Positions 22,229 through 30,111 of a DNA stretch of 30,111 nt are shown here, piece after piece (the stretch's first letter is position 1; each line of letters begins with the position of its first letter). Location: assembly GCF_006345805.1 (NCBI RefSeq), contig NW_021832644.1, forward strand, positions 1 to 30,111, written 5' to 3'. The notes under the pieces are model-generated. The model was not told the DNA's origin and did no database searches. It saw nothing but the letters and a program-made list of their open reading frames with translations. This DNA comes from Octopus sinensis (Eukaryota). The translations under genes were made by a program, and so were the position numbers.

Positions 22229-23099
22229 GACAGAATTTGCTCTTAGGAACACAAAACCACTCCGTCGATATAATTGTAACAAACCTAATATTTTCACTTT
22301 CAATGTTATGCATAAGAATTGCTTTATTGAGCTAAACTCCCTATTGCTGATAAAACAAAGAGTTACATAAAACTCATTGAAAATACTTTAAAAGAAACAT
22401 ATGTAGAAACATATGTATACATTCGAACTCCCAGAATAACATTCCACTATTGAAATCTAACTAGAGTCTAAATGAGGATATTAACCAAAATAAAATCAAT
22501 TGATTTGTTACAGAATGCACATCACAATACATTAATGACTCCAGAAGAGGAGATTATGAACTGCAATTCTGTTGCAAAATTTTGCTATTTCGAAGAAAAA
22601 ATTGACATTTCGTGAAGTTTCCATCACCATTTATTGAACATTTTCTAACTACCAGCGGACAACTAAACATTATTTCCTTCGTAGAGGATTAACCCTTGCA
22701 CTTCTTATAAAAGCTAATATCTATTTCTGTACACGGTAATGAATGCGTAATGAATGCGTAAAATTAAGGCGTATTTTCTGAAAATCTTTTCTCAGCAACA
22801 CATCAGATTTTGATGTACTGCTAACTAATAATATTTCGATGTATATTCAAATACTTTTGATCATACATGTATTATCACGCTGCCGCACTTTATCAATTGT
22901 TTAAATAATTGGAATGATAATGAAACAGAGTTTACTGTGAAGAAGCTATAGCTTCTGCTTACACACACACACACACATATATATATACATATATGTGTAT
23001 ATAAACATATACATATACGTATGTGTATGTACATACAAACAACTATGCAGGCATACATACATAATTATATATAAATGCCTGTATATATATATATATATA

Positions 23100-23230
23100 T
23101 AAAATATTATTCGAGACAAAACCACTATTTTGCAAAACAAACAAGGAAAGACTTAATTAATACATAAAATTTTAATAAATAGTCAAAAAAACCGCCACTA
23201 CAATCGTTTCTTGTCTTGATCGACAATCTT
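23100..23230 (-). mobile_element. T-rich-tailed module with a 5'-truncated hammerhead-like motif between (TA)-rich tracts
   Basis: Minus strand from 23230 reads AAGA-TTGTC-GATCAA-GACAA-GAAA-CGATTG-TA-GTGGCGG, followed by a ~90-nt T-rich tail. Confidence 0.45.
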
Positions 23231-23350
23231 ATATATGTATGCATGTATATGTATACGTATATACACAGACATTCATATATATACATTTATATATGTATGT
23301 ATTTACATACATATAGGTGTATATATGTGTGTATTTATGTAGATATGTTT

Positions 23351-23395
<45 letters not shown>

Positions 23396-23468
23396 CACAC
23401 GCGCGCAATACATACATGGGTGTTCATGCCTATATTTACATGTGTATGTACACACGCACATCACATAC

Positions 23469-23502
<34 letters not shown>

Positions 23503-23719
23503 TGATGTGCATGTACACATAGATATTTAGAGAGTGAAAGTCGGAGAGAGTGGGAGGGGGAACGAGAAGCTGTCGGGAGATGACCCTGCTAGTATCACAA
23601 GAGCTACTTGTGGAAAGTTAATTAGAATGACCGTGTGAAGAGGTTCCCCGAGTTCACAATTTCAATGTCGATGGAGGGAGGGGCATGCGGGAGGTATGGG
23701 GGAGTGGCGGGGTTGGTCG

Positions 23720-24275
23720 GGTTTGCTAAGATGGTGGCGGCGGCGGTGTTGGCGGTGGATGTGTAGCGGTTGGTAGTTGGTGGTGCTGGTAGTGCTGGTG
23801 GTTTGGTGTTTGGTGTTTGGTGGTGGTTGTGTTGGTGATGGTGGTGCCGGTGGTAGGACGATGAATGTAAAGGAGTAAAGGAAGAAGTAAAGACCTAGAA
23901 CAACAATGGCTACAACCTGGAGGAGGGGAGGAGGAGGAGGAGGAGGATGTGGTGGTGGTGGTGGTGGTGGTGGTAGTGGTGGTGGTGGTGGTGGTGGTGG
24001 TGTTGTGGTGGTGGTGGTGGTGGTGGAGAGGAAGAAGAAGAGAGGAACAAAAGAAGAAGCAGAAGAAGAAGAAAAGAAGAAGAAGAAGAAGAGAAGAAGA
24101 AGAAGAAGAAGAAAAGAAGAAGAAAAAGAAGAAGAAGAAGAAGAAGAAGAAGAAGAAGGAGAAAAGGAAGAAGAAGAAGAAGAAGAAGAAGAAGAAGAAG
24201 AAGAAGAAGAAGAGAGAAAAGGAAGAAGAAGAAGTAGAAGAAGAGTAATTACAAAAATAACAACAACAACACAAG
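23720..24275. repeat. (GGT)n, (GGA)n and (GAA)n trinucleotide repeat field
   Basis: Seen directly. Confidence 0.95.
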
Positions 24276-24911
24276 GCTACGCCGTTCGGATGAAACGGGG
24301 GGTGACGAGGGGGAGGGTGGTTCACGCTAAATTGTGATAATACGTGATCATAGAGATTGCTTGGTTTTCCACATAACAAAACTTTATACCACTACACACA
24401 CACCCGCTCCCCCGGGTGGACGGGGGTGGGTGGGGCTGGATTGATTCTAAAGAATGAGAGGTCAGCGGTAGCATAGAAATGGTAAACGAAGAAGACAACA
24501 ACAACATCAACAATACCAGTAACAGCAACAGTTTCGCTTTATTGAAGCAACATTAAGAGGTTATCTGTGAAGCTGCGAGATTAAGAGAACCTTGCCCGTC
24601 CTTTCCGTGAACTTTACAATCTGCTGAATTTAGACAAGAGATGTGAGACGTTGTCAATGTATTGGCACAGTACGCCATCTTGTCTCTGTATATACTCACA
24701 CTGTTGTGGTTTCGCGCTGAGTGTATGTGTATATATGTATGTATATATATATATATATATATATTTGAGTAGTTGAATGAATTATCTTGTTATGGTTAAT
24801 TCGGTTAACCGATACCTGGGTAGCAAATTCACATCAGAGAAGACACGTTTGAAGTTACGTGCTTTCGTGGAAATTTGTATATTATGTATATATATATATG
24901 TTGTGTGTGTG

Positions 24912-24976
<65 letters not shown>

Positions 24977-25091
24977 GATTTTATATAGTTCAGTAAAAAT
25001 TTAGATTCAGTTTGAATATGGTACTTAAGTTAAAGGCACCAGAATTTGGTATGGGATTATCCATATAATTCAAAATGGGGTGATTATAATC

Positions 25092-25192
25092 AAATAAGCA
25101 ACAAGGATATCCAGAGGTAATGCAGTACGATCGTTGCAGTACGCATGAAACGATCGTACTGCATTACCTTTGGATATCCTTGTTGCTTATTT
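25092..25192. repeat. Near-perfect 101-bp palindrome (44-bp arms, 13-nt loop), MITE-like
   Basis: 25092-25135 versus 25149-25192: one difference, which is a G-U pair on the plus-strand RNA. Confidence 0.9.
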
Positions 25193-25199
25193 TCATTAT

Positions 25200-25208
25200 A
25201 TAGATAGC

Positions 25209-25285
<77 letters not shown>
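25200..25285. repeat. (GATA)n
   Basis: Seen directly. Confidence 0.97.
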
Positions 25286-25664
25286 CCAAATCCATGTTCC
25301 ACATTACTCATCTCAAAGTGAGTATATGTAGGTATATATATATGTTTGTGTGTGTTAGTATTTATTGATGCATGTGTGTGTGTGCGTGTGTGCGCGCAGT
25401 GGACGCTGTATATTGTGATCACTTTATCAATAACAATAACCAGCTGATAATATTAACTGCTAAATAAATATTTGGACCTTTGACTCCAGTAAACAGATAA
25501 CTGGTATTTTATTTTAAATATAATGTTGACGATCGATAATTTTGATAACAATAATTGTTTGATAACATCACTCCTGATTATAATATACGATTTCCTCCGT
25601 ATATACGTGTGTGTGTGTCTGTTTGTGTGGAGGCGTGTTTGTATGTGTATATAGATACATATAT

Positions 25665-25985
<321 letters not shown>

Positions 25986-26101
25986 TTTTCCTATATACGA
26001 TCGCTTTATTTACATAAACGTATTCGTATACAAAACGTCATAACTTTCAGTACTGGCTTTAGTCTGTATTGAAAATCTGTAGAGAAAACTTTAAAAAGCT
26101 A

Positions 26102-26304
26102 TACGAAGAAATGCTGAAAAGTTCTTGGCTTTGGGTAAAAGAAAATACAAGAGGATCAGTTAATTATGATTTTATCCAACGTATTCCCCTTTCAGATTCA
26201 CACTCTTATTGCAGCAGTTCTTCAGTTTTTCTAAGCCCTGTAAAAGAACTCAAAACTTTACTCCTCTAACCGGCCCATTAGTGAGACCCTTAAAGCCAGG
26301 AACT
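26102..26304. mobile_element. Mariner-type MITE / deletion derivative
   Basis: Left end TACGAAGAAATGCTGAAAAGTTCTTGGCTTT; partial inverted right end AAAGCCAGGAACT (26292-26304). The TIR style matches the 27558 element. Confidence 0.6.
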
Positions 26305-26689
26305 ATGCATATATACACACACACATACTCGACAAAATTCTTAGTGCAGAGATTTATTTTGATTGTAAATTGCACACATGAAGGTGTGTGTATATCTGTG
26401 GGTGTATACGTGTATATAAACACAAATATACACACATACGCACGTACGCACAAGTGTGCGCGCGAAATTGAATACCCTCTAAGTCGGTTAGTGGGCCGCC
26501 ACAAACGAAGTCCAGTAAAAGGTTGTCGTCACATAATGGCCAACCCTCGTGAAGTCATTGTCTACGACCGGACGTTGACGTCAAGATGGGTGTGTTAAAT
26601 GGAAAGTCTTGCTAGGTGTATACTGTTAATTTACATCTCTCACACACACACACATACACACACACATTCACACATGAAAACATAATTTA

Positions 26690-26825
26690 CATGTGGCTGT
26701 GCTATACAGAAGATCGGGTGTCAACCATGTAGGTTTCGGTGCACTCCCATGGCACGGTACATTGGACAAGTGCACCGAGTTGACCTGAGACGGAAGCTCA
26801 AAGAAACCTGTCGTATATGTGTGTG

Positions 26826-26879
<54 letters not shown>

Positions 26880-26955
26880 TGTGTGTGTGTGTGTGTTGTG
26901 TGTGTGTGTGTGTTGTGTGTTTGTGTGTGTGTGTGTGTTGTGTGTGTGTTTGTGT

Positions 26956-26992
<37 letters not shown>

Positions 26993-27236
26993 ATTGACAT
27001 GCAGGTATGTGTGTCTTTGTCTTTGTATTGTGTTTGTCTCCTCTGCCGTTCGACGACCGGTGTTGTTTTGTTTACATCCTCGTGATTTAGCTATTCGACA
27101 AAAGATACTAAAAGAATAAGTACCAGACTTTGAAAAAAATAAATTCGGGAGTCGATTTGTTTCACCAAACCCTTCAAGACAGTACCCCAGCATGGCCATA
27201 GTCAAACGATTGAAATACGCAAAAAGGTAAAAGAAA
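26690..27236 (+). mobile_element. Diverged full-length family-C SINE with expanded internal (TG)/(GA) tract
   Basis: Decayed head, GACGGAAGCTCAAAGAAACCTGTCGTATAT, the microsatellite, then the 3' block through CCCCAGCATGGCCATAGTC. Confidence 0.75.
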
Positions 27237-27557
27237 CATCGGAATAACAGAGATGGTAATATAAAGATTTATTTCATCATCCTTATATTTTGAATACGTA
27301 ATAAATTATTAATTGCGTTACTTCCAAACACTAATTAGATAATTCATTTTAATCTTTATATCAAAATGTATTTATAGAAAATACAAAATTTTATCTTCGT
27401 ATTCAGACTTTTGACCTGAGCTTAAAATAAATACAAGGAAAAGGCAGGATGGACGTTGTAACCGATTGGTGTCTTGTTCAAACGAAAGTACGAGTACAAG
27501 ACCAGCTTCGCGGACACTGACGGTCAGGACTTCTTATAATCTGCACTAATTTACGAG

Positions 27558-28473
27558 TACGAGGTGGTATCAAAAAGTTCCCGGACTAATTATGCTTAAT
27601 AAAAAAAATAACTTTACTTAAGTTTTAACATCATCTCCTCCTTCGAAACAGTCACCTTGCGCAGCAATACACCCGTCCCAGCGTTCCTGTAACTTTTGGA
27701 ATCCGATCCGGAAGTTGTGTTCCGTAATCTACGCGAGGACTTTTTGCGATTCGCTCTGGATCTCGACAACGATGTTAAAACGGAATCCTTTGAGCAGAAT
27801 TTTCATCTTAGGGAAGAGATGGAAGTTTGCAGGTGCTAAATCTGGGAAACAGGGCGGATACAGAGGCGATACCATGTTGTTTTTGGCAAGAAACTCAAGA
27901 GTGGGGGAGAATTCGGTGACCGGGTACATTGTCGTCGTGAAGAATCCAATACTTCGCGAGGGTTAGGCTTACCTGCTCGGACCCCTACAACTGACCAACA
28001 ACATTAACAATATCGTTGATTGTCCTCCGACGATCCTTTTGCACCAGCTGATGTATTTTCTACACATTTTCGGGGGTGGCGCTCGTGGCAGGTCTTCCAG
28101 ATCGCCCATCGCTTTCCAAGGACCTTCTTCCACTTTTAAAGCGCTGGCGCCATTCGAATTATTCCGTACGACCCACAGCCTCGTCGCTGTAAGCTTGCTG
28201 AAGCATCCTCAATGTCTCTGTAGCAGACTTCCTAAATTTAACGCAAAATTTCACGTTGGCTCTTTGTTCCTCTCCATGACAAAACCGCAGACTACAGCAT
28301 CCACGTGATCACAAAAGCACAAATTTCACAACTTACGAAGTAAACACAGCAATGTCACTCAGCACACTGCCCCATGAAGGTCACTGCCAGCTCTCACAGC
28401 GCACGCAACCGTGTGCTGCCATCTGTTGGCACGTAACACAACTAGTCCGGGAACTTTTTGGTCTCACGTCGTA
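27558..28473 (-). mobile_element. Internally deleted mariner (DD34D-type) element with both ~31-bp TIRs and TA ends
   Basis: Left TACGAGGTGGTATCAAAAAGTTCCCGGACTA and right (reverse complement) TACGACGTGAGACCAAAAAGTTCCCGGACTA. Minus-strand remnants are SATETLRMLQQAYSDEAVGRTE*FEWRQRFKSGRRSLESDGRSGRP (HTH) and LLHDDNVPGH..FLAKNNM..LYPPCFPDLAPANFHLFPKMK..LQERWDGCIAAQGDCFEG. The central part of the transposase is missing. Confidence 0.92.
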
Positions 28474-28617
28474 AGAACTTCAAACTACGCGGCAATCAGA
28501 CTAATTCGTTCATACCTTGCACAGTATAGTCTTATTAAACTTGTATTATTTATACTAATGTACAGGTACCTGTATTTCATTTAATTACAGAAGAAAATTT
28601 AATACTTGTCTCATATA

Positions 28618-28800
28618 AGTCGGCGATCTGGCAGAATCGTTACCACGCCGGGTAAAAGGCTTAACAGCATTTCGTCCGTTCAAATGCCGCTGGGATCGAC
28701 TTAGCCTTTCACCCTTTCGTGATCGATAAAATAAATACCACTTGAGCACTTGGGTGGACTTAACCTCTCTGCCGAAATAGTGGCTTTCGTGGACTGTTAC
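28618..28800 (+). mobile_element. Diverged family-A SINE
   Basis: GGCGATCTGGCAGAATCGTTACCACGCCGGG...GCCTTTCACCCTTTCGTGATCGATAAAATAAATACC. Confidence 0.8.
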
Positions 28801-30111
28801 AGCACTGCGAAACAACACCAAGGGAGATAATTCTAATAGTATCAGACATTCGAAATGTTTCAAAAATAAAACTATTGCAGACAGGAAGAGAATAGAATTG
28901 GCTTTCAAAGACTCGCTGAAATTCCCTTCCCCAACCCATATCCTGAACGAAAGACATCTCTTCGCCTCAAATAGAACTCATTGTATCTCAACCCATGAAT
29001 TCCGCTCTAAATATTTACCCCCACCAATTTTTTTCCCCTGAGAACTACAACCCATATGATTCCTCTTCCGTCGCATTTTCCCCTTCGGCCATTAACCTAG
29101 AGAAGTTTAAGATGTACATCAACAATATTGAGCTCAGAAGTTTGAAAGGGCTTCTAAAGGTCAAAATTACGCTCCCGCAATTTTGGACAAATTATAAAAA
29201 TATAACGACCTGCTCACATTCTTAATAATAGCCAATTCATTTAGCATTCATCACAAATGCCGTTGGGGATTGTTAAAAACCCTCATTTATTCCTCTCCCA
29301 TATAAAACCGAGACATTCTACAATATAGAAAACATTCTCCAAAATATATCACCTCCAAAACAAAATAATAATAATTCACTCAATGACAAATGTTTAGGCA
29401 GGTTCTAGAAGCTTAGCACCACCATACCAACAGTTTCAATACGTTTGGACAAGACCCAATATGCCCCAAGAGAAATAACATATCTCCCTTATAATCTGAT
29501 CATTCGCTACAGGGGCCGGGAATATTTGGCTGTTTGTCGAAGTCAATAAAATCAGATTCTATTCACTCTATTTGGCGGTGATGGAGTCACACTTGAAGTA
29601 TAGAATATCATTTGGAACTTTGCCATCTTCCTTCTTTCCTCTGGGTTTCGTTCTGGCAGCACAACCACTCACGCGCACGGTCACACACACGCTGTGGTTG
29701 AAGCAGTTTCTATCTCCAACTTGCAATGTCATATTCATATTCTAGCAGAAAAAAAAGCCAGAGTTCCAACCCCACCACTTTTTTTTTTACCCGACAAACC
29801 TGTCTTAGAATTTAGGCTGTTTGGATATATATTTGCCTTGAACGAATTTCCAACAAGACCAATATCCAGTTTTAGGCGACAAACTGAGCTAAGAAACATA
29901 CATGGATCTCACGCATGAGTCTAATACATGAGTCGCATACTTCAGTGTCTCATATGTGTCTTAGGATTGGGTCAGAAACAGGTCCAAACAGGTCACCTTG
30001 AGGGTGGACATCATTTAAGGTAGAGACCTTCTTCCAATTTATTTATCCAACCTTCAACAATATATACATACATATATATATATATCGCCAGATCGCCATG
30101 TTGAATTCGTT

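Noticed and set aside
23726-24379. 217, 143 and 99 aa ORFs with Gly/Glu/Lys runs
   Set aside because: These are (GGT)n and (GAA)n repeats open in several frames, with no splice or codon evidence.
24633-24690. Imperfect hairpin AGACAAGAGATG...CATCTTGTCT
   Set aside because: Too many bulges to distinguish from random folding.
28800-29680. C/A-biased stretch that might be an ancient LINE
   Set aside because: No RT or endonuclease motif was recoverable by eye in any frame.

Overview
Eukaryotic, AT-rich, repeat-dense DNA. I infer it comes from an octopus (Octopus sp.) because the SINE families look like octopus families as I recall them; no search was run. No intact protein-coding gene can be supported, and nearly all supplied ORFs are microsatellite artefacts. 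The window is a mosaic of microsatellites (TA, CA, GATA, TATG, CAT, GTT, GAA, GGT) and copies of at least four tRNA-headed SINE families. It also holds 3'-end fragments of three LINE types (R4/Dong-like REL-endonuclease end, RTE-like end with C2H2 fingers, probable L1/Tx1-like 3'UTR) and four mariner remnants, one with both TIRs. The most notable unexplained signal is a set of short, mutually dissimilar modules beside microsatellites that carry minimal type-I hammerhead-ribozyme architecture (best at 921-966 and 20312-20347). This resembles Penelope-like pLTR ribozymes, but no copy here has a fully canonical core. Other observations: a SINE tail matching the local LINE 3' end, several near-perfect inverted repeats or hairpins, a gapless duplicated 65-bp non-repeat module, and a TE-poor island with candidate plus-strand exons, including a 26-nt microexon.
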